64,000 nt of DNA. Source: Ignavibacteriaceae bacterium. Its GTDB lineage: Bacteria > Bacteroidota > Ignavibacteria > Ignavibacteriales > Ignavibacteriaceae. The position numbers were made by a program, and so were the translations under genes. The stretch is from the NCBI GenBank assembly GCA_035654655.1, contig DASRWI010000001.1, positions 38,747 through 102,746 of the forward strand, read 5' to 3'. This document shows positions 46,386 to 56,308 of this stretch, piece by piece. The notes beneath the pieces are model-generated. The model saw only the letters and a list, made by a program, of their open reading frames with translations. It was not told the DNA's origin and made no database searches. How positions within the stretch are numbered: position 1 is the stretch's first letter; every line of letters starts with the position of its first letter.

Positions 46386-48347
46386 TTATTTAAGTAGCAT
46401 CATTTTTTTAGTTAATAATTTTCCTGCTGTTTCAACTGAATACAAATATGCTCCAGATGGTGCAACATTTCCATTTGATAATTTTCCATCCCATCTAAAA
46501 GTATTATAACCTGAGTTAAGTACTCCATTAAATAATTCAGCAACTTTTTCTCCGAGCACGTTATAAACAATCACTTTACCCGGCTGATTTGTTAAAGAAT
46601 AAAATTCTATAGTAGTATTAAGATTAAAAGGATTTGGATAATTTTGTGCTAAAGTATAATCATCAGGTAAGTAAAAAGATGAAGTATTTAAAGTAACTAA
46701 TAAATTTTTTGTATCAATTCTGTATACACCTTCTTTTGGTTCACGAATTTCATTTCCCCCACTGTCTTTGTATGTAAAATAAACTCCATTAATATTATTT
46801 AAATAATTATTTAATTGAAATTGAGTTTTCTGATTATCTCCTGTTAAGGACATCGGAATAAGAACATCAGATTGATAAATAATAATTTTATAATCAGTTG
46901 TAGAGGAATTTGAATAAAATGCTTTGTTAATATAAATATTGCCTAAATTATCTTTTTGAAGATTTGGATAATTTATTGCTCTTAATGCTGATAGCAATCC
47001 ATAACCTCTTAAGTTATTAGGATATTTTGAACTATCGGCAGTTTCCAGTAGGATGCTTCTTAATTGAACATTATTTAGATGAGGATAAGATGACAATAAA
47101 AGCGCTGCTGTTCCACTTGCCAGTGGGGTTGCTAATGATGTTCCTGATGCATAATAATATTCTGTAAATCCTGCAGTTGATGCTGCATAAACTCCTGAAC
47201 CAAGAGCGGTTACATCCGGTTTAATTCTATTATCGAATGAAGGTCCTCTACTGCTAAATCCAGTAACTCTATTATTTAAATCCACAGCTCCGACAGCAAT
47301 TACATTAAAGCCATCAGAAGGAGAAGTAATATAATACCAACTTGTATTTCCTTCATTTCCGGCGGCTGAAATTACTAAAACTCCTTTTGAAAAAGCTAAT
47401 TCAGCAGCTTTAGTAACAATCGTCGATTTGCCATCCATGTCTTTATAAGTATATGAATAAGTGGAGTCATCAAATTCACTATATCCTAATGAACTGCTTG
47501 TTATATCAACTCCCTGATTCTCCATCCAAATTAATGCAGCTGCATAATTATCTTCTTCAATATGAGTTTCACTTCTAACATCTTCTGTCTTGGCCAGCAA
47601 AAAACTTGCATCATAGGCAGGTCCAATTAATTTACCGTTCGAATATCCTGCCATTGTTGAGAACACTGCAGTACCGTGATTATCCTGACTAAAATCATCC
47701 CCGGTTTCATTAGCTGTATTATTGTCCTTAAAAATAAAATCATACTCAGCCAATACGTTTTTAGATTGTAATGATTCGTGCATCTTCCATCTAAAGCCTG
47801 AATCCAAAATACCGAGTATAACATTTTTACCAGTAATCCCCTTCAAATGCACAATAGGAACTTGCAATTGATCCACTTGAGCGAAAGAAGGACCATATAA
47901 ATTTTCGCTTGAATTAAATCCTTTATTGAGGTTCTGATTTTCTTCAACTTTTTTAAATTTATTTTTTTTAACGGGTTCAATCTTTTCAATAAAAGGAAGT
48001 AATTTAATTTCTTTTACCTGTTCATCAGTCAAATAAGCTGAAACAGAGTTAAACCATTTTAATTCATTTTCTATTTTAATATTAAATTTTACAAGTTCAT
48101 TTATGTATTCTCTTTTGATAGGAACATCAGTGTAATCAATGTAGTCATCACCTAATAATTTTTTTCTTCTTTCAATCGCTCTTTCAGTAAGTTCAGATTC
48201 GGCAAGTTGATATATACTATTTCCTTTATATAAACTTTCCTTTGCATCAATACCTTTATCTTTAAAATAAATAAAGTACTTCGATTGAGCACTTAATGAA
48301 ATCGTAAACAGCAAAGCTGCAAATATTAATAGCTTTTTCATTTCCAA
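46386..48347 (-). CDS. S8 (subtilisin-like) serine peptidase with T9SS C-terminal sorting domain
   Basis: Catalytic triad contexts GILDSGF, DNHGTAVFS and SGTSLATPLASG. C-terminal AQNYPNPFNLNTTIEF...KKMMLLK. Confidence 0.9.
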   Translation of the reverse strand: MEMKKLLIFAALLFTISLSAQSKYFIYFKDKGIDAKESLYKGNSIYQLAESELTERAIERRKKLLGDDYIDYTDVPIKREYINELVKFNIKIENELKWFNSVSAYLTDEQVKEIKLLPFIEKIEPVKKNKFKKVEENQNLNKGFNSSENLYGPSFAQVDQLQVPIVHLKGITGKNVILGILDSGFRWKMHESLQSKNVLAEYDFIFKDNNTANETGDDFSQDNHGTAVFSTMAGYSNGKLIGPAYDASFLLAKTEDVRSETHIEEDNYAAALIWMENQGVDITSSSLGYSEFDDSTYSYTYKDMDGKSTIVTKAAELAFSKGVLVISAAGNEGNTSWYYITSPSDGFNVIAVGAVDLNNRVTGFSSRGPSFDNRIKPDVTALGSGVYAASTAGFTEYYYASGTSLATPLASGTAALLLSSYPHLNNVQLRSILLETADSSKYPNNLRGYGLLSALRAINYPNLQKDNLGNIYINKAFYSNSSTTDYKIIIYQSDVLIPMSLTGDNQKTQFQLNNYLNNINGVYFTYKDSGGNEIREPKEGVYRIDTKNLLVTLNTSSFYLPDDYTLAQNYPNPFNLNTTIEFYSLTNQPGKVIVYNVLGEKVAELFNGVLNSGYNTFRWDGKLSNGNVAPSGAYLYSVETAGKLLTKKMMLLK

Positions 48348-48430
48348 TCAAAATTTGTTTGATATTAAAGATAATAAAAATAAAATATACAAGATGATTT
48401 TTGCGTGAGATATTCGTGTACTTTGCGTAC

Positions 48431-49348
48431 TTATTTTATGCCTGAAAAAATTCTTTCAGAACGGATGGACTTTAATAATTTGATGTATTCTTTAAAAGGA
48501 ATTGTCTGGTCCCAGGACCAATATATAAGAAATGCTTTACCTAAGATATAATCTTCAGGAACATAACCCCAGTAACGGCTGTCCATACTTTGGTCCCTGT
48601 TATCTCCCATTACAAAATAATAATTTTTTTTAAGCACATAAAATTTTACAGGAGTTCCATTAACAAAAACGACAGTACCTTCAGGACTAACAACTTTTTT
48701 ATTAAACTCTCTGTTTATTATCATTCCCCAATCAATTATATTTTTATAATTAATATTTATTGTATCCCCCGCTTTGGGAATGACAAGCGGACCATAATTA
48801 TCACTATTCCATTTATTATTTGAAGGAAAAATTCTTCTTTCGCTTATGCCTTTTTCTTTCATATGATTATCTGAAAAGAAAACTGTAGATGGTATATCAA
48901 TCTTTTTGCTGTTTACATAAACGATTTTATTTTTTATAAAAACAGTATCTCCAGGCCCTGCAATAACTCTTTTAATATAATTAACTTTTGGCGTTGGATG
49001 AAGCTCTCCTTTATCCCCCGGATACTCAAAAACAATTACATCATTTTGTTTTGGCTTTCCGACACTAAATAAATTTACATAAGGAATTTCTATATTTATT
49101 ATTGGAATGGTTTTGGGAGTGCATATGGTATATGCAGCTTTGTTAACTATTATAAAGTCACCCGGTAGAAGTGTTTTCTCCATTGAACCCGTGGGAATTT
49201 TAAAAGCATCAAATAAAATACTTTTTATTATAAGTGCGGCAATAAAAGCAATAAGCATATTCCGGATAAAATATGATACTCTTCTATTATCTCCTTCCTG
49301 CTCCTGCTTTGTATTTTTTAATTCCTCTTGGTTTTCGATATTATCCAC
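48431..49348 (-). CDS. lepB: Signal peptidase I
   Basis: 305 aa with PTGSMEKTLLPGDFIIVNK, YIKRVIAGPGD and GDNRDQSMDSRYWGYVP. Confidence 0.93.
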   Translation of the reverse strand: MDNIENQEELKNTKQEQEGDNRRVSYFIRNMLIAFIAALIIKSILFDAFKIPTGSMEKTLLPGDFIIVNKAAYTICTPKTIPIINIEIPYVNLFSVGKPKQNDVIVFEYPGDKGELHPTPKVNYIKRVIAGPGDTVFIKNKIVYVNSKKIDIPSTVFFSDNHMKEKGISERRIFPSNNKWNSDNYGPLVIPKAGDTININYKNIIDWGMIINREFNKKVVSPEGTVVFVNGTPVKFYVLKKNYYFVMGDNRDQSMDSRYWGYVPEDYILGKAFLIYWSWDQTIPFKEYIKLLKSIRSERIFSGIK

Positions 49349-49360
49349 ATCAATCTTAAT

Positions 49361-51154
49361 TTATTCATCAATCTGCAGTACTGCTAAAAATGCTTCCTGT
49401 GGTATCTCTACATTACCCACCTGCTTCATTCTCTTTTTACCTTCTTTTTGTTTTTCAAGAAGTTTACGCTTACGAGAAATATCACCACCATAACATTTAG
49501 CAAGCACGTTTTTACGCAAAGCTTTTATTGAAGACCTTGAAATTACCTTAGTTCCAATGGCAGCCTGAACAGAAATCTCAAACATTTGTCTTGGAATTAA
49601 ATCTTTTAGCTTGCTGCAAACTTTGCGTCCCCAATCATAACTTTTATCTTTATGAACAATCATCGATAAAGCATCAACAGGTTCACCATTCAAAAGAATA
49701 TCTAACTTAACCAGTTCTGATTCTCTATAGCCAATATATTCATAATCAAATGATGCATATCCTCGAGTTGTTGATTTCAACTTATCATAAAAATCAAAAA
49801 TTATTTCTGACAAAGGGAACTCATATTGAATATCAGCACGGGTTGGATCAATGTAAGTTGTATTTTTATAAATACCTCTTTTATCCATACTAAGCTTCAT
49901 TATATTACCAACATATTCTGAAGGACAAACAATCTGAGCTTTTACATAGGGCTCTTCAACATAATCAATATCTCCAACAGGAGGCATATCAGCAGGATTA
50001 TCAACAACTATCTTGTCTCCATTTTTCTTATAAACATAATACTCAACGTTTGGAAGTGTTGTAATAATAGATTGGTTATATTCTCTGTATAATCTTTCCT
50101 GAACAATCTCCATATGCAGAAGTCCAAGAAAACCACATCTAAAACCAAACCCAAGAGCAACAGAAGTCTCAGGTTGATAAATCAGAGCAGAATCATTCAA
50201 TCTAAATTTTTCAAGTGCATCACGTAAATCTTCAAATTCATCTGAAACAGTTGGATAAAGTCCGCTATAAACCATTGGTTTAACTTCCTTATATCCATGC
50301 AAAGGTGCTGGTGCACCATTTCTGGCATGAGTAACAGTATCACCAACCTTGGTATCGTGTACATCTTTAATACCTGCAATAAGGTAACCTACATTACCTG
50401 CACTAAGTTCATCTCCTTTAATCTTTGCTAAACCTAATGTGCCAATTTCTTCAGCAGTAAATTCTTTATCCGTAACAAAGAATTTTATTTTATCACCTGT
50501 TTTTAAAGTGCCATCAAATACTCTTATGTAAGCAACAGCCCCTCTATAAGGATCAAATATAGAATCAAATACTAATGCCTGAAGCGGAACATCAGGTTCA
50601 CCTTTAGGAGGAGGAATTTTTTTTACAATTTCTTCAAGAAGTTCACTTATTCCTAATTTAGCCTTTGCACTAACCAACAGAATATCTTCATCATTACACC
50701 CGATTAAATCTATAACCTGATGTTTAACTTTATCAATTTCTGCACTTGGTAAATCAATTTTATTAAGAACAGGAATAATTTCTAATCCAGCATCAATGGC
50801 TAAATACAGATTACTAATAGTCTGTGCTTCAACACCCTGCGCAGCATCCACAACAAGAATAGCCCCTTCACAAGCAGCCAATGAGCGGGAAACTTCATAA
50901 CTAAAATCCACGTGCCCTGGAGTGTCAATTAAATTTAAAATATAATCCTGTTTATCCAAAGATTTATATTTCATTTGAATAGCGTGAGACTTAATAGTAA
51001 TACCACGTTCACGTTCAAGTTCAAGATCATCCAAAAGCTGAGCTTTTGCCTCACGTTTTGAAACTGTTCCAGTCTCTTCAAGAAGACAATCAGCTATAGT
51101 AGATTTACCGTGATCAATATGCGCAATAATGCAAAAATTTCTAATATTTAACAT
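49361..51154 (-). CDS. lepA: Translation elongation factor 4 (LepA)
   Basis: 597 aa. G-domain [21 protein letters not shown] and the LepA-specific C-terminal domain. Confidence 0.97.
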   Translation of the reverse strand: MLNIRNFCIIAHIDHGKSTIADCLLEETGTVSKREAKAQLLDDLELERERGITIKSHAIQMKYKSLDKQDYILNLIDTPGHVDFSYEVSRSLAACEGAILVVDAAQGVEAQTISNLYLAIDAGLEIIPVLNKIDLPSAEIDKVKHQVIDLIGCNDEDILLVSAKAKLGISELLEEIVKKIPPPKGEPDVPLQALVFDSIFDPYRGAVAYIRVFDGTLKTGDKIKFFVTDKEFTAEEIGTLGLAKIKGDELSAGNVGYLIAGIKDVHDTKVGDTVTHARNGAPAPLHGYKEVKPMVYSGLYPTVSDEFEDLRDALEKFRLNDSALIYQPETSVALGFGFRCGFLGLLHMEIVQERLYREYNQSIITTLPNVEYYVYKKNGDKIVVDNPADMPPVGDIDYVEEPYVKAQIVCPSEYVGNIMKLSMDKRGIYKNTTYIDPTRADIQYEFPLSEIIFDFYDKLKSTTRGYASFDYEYIGYRESELVKLDILLNGEPVDALSMIVHKDKSYDWGRKVCSKLKDLIPRQMFEISVQAAIGTKVISRSSIKALRKNVLAKCYGGDISRKRKLLEKQKEGKKRMKQVGNVEIPQEAFLAVLQIDE

Positions 51155-51368
51155 TGTATCCGAAAAAATTAAGATGATTAATATAAATACGAAGCACCCT
51201 AATTAAAAGTGAAAAGGGATAACATTTAGTTGATATTCATCCTTTTTTATCTTAATATTATTCGTTCTTCTATTGTTGATATATTCCTAGGGAATATTAT
51301 AAAATTTATATTGCTTTCGAAAATAATTCTTTTAGGTATATTATTTAGATACAAATTAGAGAGTATTT

Positions 51369-51827
51369 ATGTTTTCAACTGTAAGATATTTTATAAAAAC
51401 CAGCATAGCTTTTCTTATCCTAGGCATTCTCTTAGGTCTCCACTTAATTTTTTCCAAATATTTTGGCTCAAGTTATCCTCATCCAGATTTAGTTTCAGCA
51501 CATACTCACGTAATTCTTGTTGGTTCAGTTATGATGATGATAATGGGAGTTGCCTTATGGTTCTTCCCTCGTCCCGGCAAGGAAGATAAGCTTTACAAAC
51601 CAACATTAATTTTAGTCACTTATTATTTTGTAACAATTTCAACATTATTAAGATTTTTCTCGCAGGTTATGGCAGGTTACATTGAGCCTAATAGTACTTT
51701 AAGTTTTATAATTGTTGCCTCTTCAACAGGACAAGTATTAGGAATACTTCTATTCTTTATTTCAATGTGGGGAAGAATTCGTTCAGTAGGAAGTCATTTA
51801 AGAGAAGAAAAAGGAGAAAGGTTTTAG
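51369..51827 (+). CDS. Hypothetical 4-TM membrane protein with a His cluster
   Basis: 152 aa with four hydrophobic helices. SAHTHVILVGSVMMMIMGVALWFFPRP loosely resembles a heme-copper-oxidase subunit I helix. Preferred over the overlapping 51230..51589 ORF. Confidence 0.55.
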   Translation: MFSTVRYFIKTSIAFLILGILLGLHLIFSKYFGSSYPHPDLVSAHTHVILVGSVMMMIMGVALWFFPRPGKEDKLYKPTLILVTYYFVTISTLLRFFSQVMAGYIEPNSTLSFIIVASSTGQVLGILLFFISMWGRIRSVGSHLREEKGERF

Positions 51828-51852
51828 ATTTTTATTTTAGGTATTTCCTATC

Positions 51853-51876
51853 TACCCCACGGCTATAGTCGTGGGA
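51853..51876 (+). repeat. Copy C of the dispersed palindromic element
   Basis: TACCCCACGGCTATAGTCGTGGGA matches 20123..20146 at 19 of 24 positions. The stem is CCCACG/CGTGGG. Confidence 0.55.
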
Positions 51877-51970
51877 ACCAATTTTAACGACTGTCTTTTT
51901 GTGACCTCTCTAATTCATTCTTTTATCTATTTGCATTATCTAAGCCTCATGATTTTATGGTTATACGGAG

Positions 51971-52726
51971 ATGTATATGCATTTGATAAAATTGGTTGTT
52001 TATCGTTATTTAATATTATTGGTGGTTCCTCTTTTTGTTATAGCATCTTGCAATAGAAATGATACCCGTTACAAGGGTGAAAGCCAAGGCATAGGTTTAG
52101 CAGACAGTTCATCTTCCGATTCAACTTTATACAATACAGCAGCAAACCATCCTATTAAAATTGTTATGTATAATATGGTTGAAGATATGAAGGATATGCA
52201 GACGATGGGCAGTCCTGATAAAGATTTTGCACAAGTCATGATAAGGCATCATCAGGGTGTAGTTGAAATGGCTGATGTAGAATTATCAAATGGGAAAGAT
52301 TCTGAAATAAAGAAGATTGCTCAACAAATTAAAGATTCTCAAAGGAAGGAATTCGAAGAGCTAAATATGTTTATTCACCTAAATAATCAAAAAGAAAAAC
52401 AAGGATCCGGGCAACCTCCGCAGCATACAATTACAAGTATGCAAAACTCAAACCCGAATCAAGATGCAAATAAAGAACGCACTCCATTGACAGAAATGCT
52501 TGCTTTTAATGAACAACTTGTAATGAAGGCTGAAGAGCTTAACCTATCAACGAATTTTGATGAAGATTTTACTAAACTTATGATTATGCATCATCAAAGT
52601 GCTATTGATATTGCAAATGTAGAAGTTGCTAAAGGTAAGGACGACAAAATAAAAGAAATGGCAAAGATGATGATAAAACAAAATAAGGATGATATAAATA
52701 AATTAAATAAATTATTAGATAAATGA
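51971..52726 (+). CDS. DUF305-family lipoprotein (two DUF305 half-repeats)
   Basis: Lipobox-like VIASC. DKDFAQVMIRHHQGVVEMA and DEDFTKLMIMHHQSAIDIA are the paired DUF305 motifs. Confidence 0.8.
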   Translation: MYMHLIKLVVYRYLILLVVPLFVIASCNRNDTRYKGESQGIGLADSSSSDSTLYNTAANHPIKIVMYNMVEDMKDMQTMGSPDKDFAQVMIRHHQGVVEMADVELSNGKDSEIKKIAQQIKDSQRKEFEELNMFIHLNNQKEKQGSGQPPQHTITSMQNSNPNQDANKERTPLTEMLAFNEQLVMKAEELNLSTNFDEDFTKLMIMHHQSAIDIANVEVAKGKDDKIKEMAKMMIKQNKDDINKLNKLLDK

Positions 52727-53130
52727 GTCTTATTCAGGAAATAAATGAGTTCTCTAAAAATAAATTAAAAAGAAAAGAAGATCTTGAGTTAATTCTTAAT
52801 GCTGCATCAAATGACAAAAAACTTTTTGCTGATTTAATTTTTAATGCAAAATATGTGATGGGATTGCAAAGAGTTCTTAAGCAAAATACTACTAATAATG
52901 AGGATGCAAAATTTAAAGTACAGCAGGATTACTCAAGTAATTTAATGAAGATAATAGAACAATTAAAAATAGTTGCAAATAATTTTCAACAAAAAGATAA
53001 ATTCTTTTTTGAGCAAAATTATCTTCAGCTGAATCATAGTTCGTTAAATAATCTTAACGAACTTCTCTCGGACCTTGAATGGGTTAAGATGTATATAAAT
53101 GATTTAAAACATAGACAGGATAAGAATTAA
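52723..53130 (+). CDS. Hypothetical helical protein (135 aa)
   Basis: ATGA overlap with the DUF305 gene suggests translational coupling. I recognise no motif. Confidence 0.5.
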   Translation: MSLIQEINEFSKNKLKRKEDLELILNAASNDKKLFADLIFNAKYVMGLQRVLKQNTTNNEDAKFKVQQDYSSNLMKIIEQLKIVANNFQQKDKFFFEQNYLQLNHSSLNNLNELLSDLEWVKMYINDLKHRQDKN

Positions 53131-53148
53131 TTTTTTAGGATTGGTGCA

Positions 53149-53547
53149 ATGAAAATTGGAATTCTAGGTTCGAATGAAGTTGGCAAACAACTTGGTAAAA
53201 GTTTTTTGCAAATTGGACATGAAATTATAATTGGAACAAATAAACCAACCACTATAGATGATTGGCTTAATCCTGAACAAACTTTGACCTTTTACAGAGG
53301 TACGCATAGTGATGCTGCTTCTTTTGGTGATATAATTGTCCTATGTACTTTATGGAATAAAACTAAAGAGATTATATATTCAGCAGGAATAGAAAATTTT
53401 GAAAACAAGATTTTAATAGATATAACTTATTCAGATGAAAATTTTCCAGGATTAATTTCCTCGAATGAAAACGATGAAGAATTTATTCAACAATTGCTTC
53501 CAAATACCAGAATAGTTAAAGCAATAAATATTTTAAATAGAGATTAA
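53149..53547 (+). CDS. Truncated paralogue of the downstream NADP-oxidoreductase-like gene (possible pseudogene)
   Basis: 132 aa that aligns with aa 1..~135 of 53566..54210 (MKIGILGS..., IVLCTLW, KILIDIT, LPNTRIVKAINI) and then stops. The dinucleotide motif is GSNEVG instead of GSGVVG. Confidence 0.5.
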   Translation: MKIGILGSNEVGKQLGKSFLQIGHEIIIGTNKPTTIDDWLNPEQTLTFYRGTHSDAASFGDIIVLCTLWNKTKEIIYSAGIENFENKILIDITYSDENFPGLISSNENDEEFIQQLLPNTRIVKAINILNRD

Positions 53548-53565
53548 CAAATTGAAAGATACCTT

Positions 53566-54210
53566 ATGAAAATTGGAATAATTGGTTCAGGAGTAGTTGG
53601 GCAAACGCTTGGAATAGGCTTCCTAAAAAATGGTCATCAGGTAAAAATTGGGACAAGAGAACCCGGCAAATTAAAAGAATGGCGTGAAAAAAATAAAACA
53701 GATAATGCTTCTGTAGGTAATTTCAAAGATGCAGCTGAATTTGGTGAACTCATTGTATTGTGCACCTTATGGACAGGTACAAAAAACGCAGTTGAACTAT
53801 CTGGTATGGAAAATTTCAAAGGTAAAATACTTATTGATGTAACAAATCCTTTGGATTTTAGTGAAGGTATGCCGCCTAAACTTGGTGTTAATGTAGGACA
53901 CTCAGGCGGTGAACAAATTCAAGGCTGGCTTCCAAATACCAAAGTTGTAAAAGCATTTAATATTATAAATGCATACACAATGATAAATCCAAATCTTGAA
54001 GAAGGTAAACCTGATTTATTCATATGCGGCAATGATGCTGATGCAAAAAAGAAAGTAACAGATATTGCAAAAGAATTTAACTGGGAAAGCATTATTGATA
54101 TCGGCGGAATAAAAGAATCATTTCTTTTAGAGGCTTTAACAATCTTGTGGGTTAACTATGGGTTTAAACACAATCAATGGACTCACGCATTTAAATTGCT
54201 GAAAAAATAA
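53566..54210 (+). CDS. NADPH-dependent F420-reductase-like / NADP oxidoreductase (Rossmann) protein
   Basis: 214 aa with MKIGIIGSGVVGQTLG, LIVLCTLW and ILIDVTNP, the pattern of the coenzyme-F420-dependent NADP oxidoreductase family. Confidence 0.7.
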   Translation: MKIGIIGSGVVGQTLGIGFLKNGHQVKIGTREPGKLKEWREKNKTDNASVGNFKDAAEFGELIVLCTLWTGTKNAVELSGMENFKGKILIDVTNPLDFSEGMPPKLGVNVGHSGGEQIQGWLPNTKVVKAFNIINAYTMINPNLEEGKPDLFICGNDADAKKKVTDIAKEFNWESIIDIGGIKESFLLEALTILWVNYGFKHNQWTHAFKLLKK

Positions 54211-54293
54211 TTTTTGAATCATTAAATAAAGATTTTTTCGAATTAAACTTTTCAAGAATCGTCCCTTCAGGGCCTCAAAATACTTTTTTATTT

Positions 54294-54318
54294 TACCCCT
54301 AGCTTACGCTGGGGGCTA
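54294..54318 (-). repeat. Hairpin element with TAGCCC...GGGGTA flanks (copy E, divergent)
   Basis: The minus strand reads TAGCCCCCAGCGTAAGCTAGGGGTA. It forms an 8-bp stem including one G-U pair. Confidence 0.45.
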
Positions 54319-54371
54319 AATATTGATAAGCACCTCCGAAAATGGATGAGAATGTTCCTGCAGCAGTTAAA

Positions 54372-56300
54372 TTAAAAATTATGTCTTAAATTTAAATTAG
54401 CTCTTAGTTCAGTAAAATCCTGAAGCAAGGAATTATATCCATTATAACTTAATCCAAGACTAACCGAGTTTCTTTCGGTTAATCTATATGTACTTGTTAA
54501 ATTTGTTCCTAGAATTGAATTTTCCTGTTGTTTAGAAAAATTTAAATTCAAGCTTGTATTAAGTCGATTTGATATCCCCATATGCGATAAAAATAAACCA
54601 TACATTTGTGTTGAGCTGCTTGTTGCAGCATAGCTGCTGCTTATTAGTCCCAATGAAATTCCGCCGGTTAAATTTTCAATTAAGCTAAGGTTAAAATTTA
54701 AATTACCGCTATGAACTTTTACAGAATTGTTTTTACTTAAAATGGTTTTATTATCACTACCCTGATAAGAATAAGTAAATGTAATACTGCTTAGTATACC
54801 ATAATTAACACTAAACATATTGTTTAAACTGAGTAAGAATGTATTGAAGTCTGTCTTTGTTGTATCATTAGATGAATTATTTCCCATTCCCAGAATGTTG
54901 GTCATTAAACTTGAATTCCATCCACTCACAACTTGTCCTGATATCATTAAGCCAAATTGGTTTCTAATTGTTGTAAATAATTTTTGGTCTAAAAGATTAT
55001 CACTAACCCTGCTGTAATTAAGCGATATAAAATAAGGCATAATACCTACAGAAACAGATGTTAAAATTTCCTGCTGATCATTCATTATATAAGGTAATCC
55101 TAAAGAATTATAACCAGGACCTACTCTTTTATAAGCAACTGTAAAGTCAACAGGTTGAAAAGAAGCTTTCAATTGAGTAGTATATGCGTAATCGAAGTTT
55201 GAGCTTATTCTTGGGATAAAGATACTTTTTACTGCTTTAGGAAGATTCGAAGTTTCATCACTTACTTCCTGTGCATTTATGTCTTTTGTAAATGCACTCC
55301 CTGAAGCATCTACTGAAAATAATATTCTATCTTCAAACAGACTTAACTGTCCCTTCGTTCCAATAATTAAATTTTCCTGCGGGGTTACTGCATAAGTATT
55401 TCTAATTTCTATAGGAATATTTCCTTCTACTAAAATTGTTCCGTTGTATAATCTAAAACTATAATCACTCTCATCCTGAATAGAAGGCCTCTCAATTGAA
55501 GAGATTTTTATTTTTGAATTAAATGATTCCAGCTCGTTAACAACCCAGCTGTATGCTCCTGTATTAGGAGTTTGAGCTGTTACTAATGTATAGGTAACTC
55601 CGCCATCTTTTGATAATTCAATTTTCACATCACCATTAAAGCCGCTGCTGCTCCATCTGATAGTCTGCACAGAATTTAATGGAACTTCATCACTTCCATT
55701 TGGGAAAAGCACTTGTATAAATTCACCACCTGTGTTTGAAGATGGTTTATCTTTGGCTTTAAGAAAAATTAAATTGAAATAACTTGATTCTTCTTTTCCT
55801 ATTCCAATTTTTGCTCCGGCAAGAAACCTATCATAACTTCCATCGTCATTACCTCCAAGTACAGCTCTTGAAGTTAAACCGGCAACTGCAGCAAATTGGA
55901 ATATCCCGGGATTAATATTGAAACCACCTCCACGAATATTTATTTCACCTAATGAATATTCGGAAAACGACTCACTAAAATCTCCAATATATGCCTTACC
56001 CCAACTCCATTGTGGAGTAATCCCATATCTGTTTATCTCCTGCCTTGCAGCGCTTCCTTCAGAAGAAACAAATAAATTTAATGGAACTGAAAAAAGATTA
56101 AAGAATGTAAATGTTGGCTGAACGTATAATCTATAAGTTGATGGAGGTCTTCTTCGTACCTGACCTTTGATTGAATAAAGTTCACCGAATAAACCTGCTG
56201 TACCGGATACTTTTACATTCTTGAACCAAAAACTTTCTGTACTATCTTGAGCTAAGATAGAAGTTGAGATAAATAAAAGAAGCAAAATTAATTTTTTCAT
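54372..56300 (-). CDS. Predicted outer-membrane beta-barrel protein with an inserted Ig-like soluble domain
   Basis: Signal peptide MKKLILLLLFISTSILAQ. Long stretches of alternating hydrophobic/polar residues rich in S/N/G/Y/F. C-terminal LNLRHNF ends in Phe (an outer-membrane-protein beta-signal). The insert at aa ~194-285 reads VQTIRWSSSGFNGDVKIELSKDGGVTYTL... Confidence 0.6.
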   Translation of the reverse strand: MKKLILLLLFISTSILAQDSTESFWFKNVKVSGTAGLFGELYSIKGQVRRRPPSTYRLYVQPTFTFFNLFSVPLNLFVSSEGSAARQEINRYGITPQWSWGKAYIGDFSESFSEYSLGEINIRGGGFNINPGIFQFAAVAGLTSRAVLGGNDDGSYDRFLAGAKIGIGKEESSYFNLIFLKAKDKPSSNTGGEFIQVLFPNGSDEVPLNSVQTIRWSSSGFNGDVKIELSKDGGVTYTLVTAQTPNTGAYSWVVNELESFNSKIKISSIERPSIQDESDYSFRLYNGTILVEGNIPIEIRNTYAVTPQENLIIGTKGQLSLFEDRILFSVDASGSAFTKDINAQEVSDETSNLPKAVKSIFIPRISSNFDYAYTTQLKASFQPVDFTVAYKRVGPGYNSLGLPYIMNDQQEILTSVSVGIMPYFISLNYSRVSDNLLDQKLFTTIRNQFGLMISGQVVSGWNSSLMTNILGMGNNSSNDTTKTDFNTFLLSLNNMFSVNYGILSSITFTYSYQGSDNKTILSKNNSVKVHSGNLNFNLSLIENLTGGISLGLISSSYAATSSSTQMYGLFLSHMGISNRLNTSLNLNFSKQQENSILGTNLTSTYRLTERNSVSLGLSYNGYNSLLQDFTELRANLNLRHNF

Positions 56301-56308
56301 AAATATCC

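Noticed and set aside
49107-49493. 128-aa plus-strand ORF spanning the lepB/lepA junction
   Set aside because: It is antisense to two strongly supported genes and has no motif.
51230-51589. 119-aa plus-strand ORF overlapping the start of 51369..51827
   Set aside because: Its start is TTG and its translation is low-complexity. It overlaps, in another frame, the better 4-TM ORF that starts at ATG 51369, and part of it lies in the lepA promoter region.
54258-54290. GTCCCTTCAGGGCC followed by a T-rich tract, considered as the terminator of 53566..54210
   Set aside because: The stem is only 3-4 bp with mismatches, which is too weak to call.
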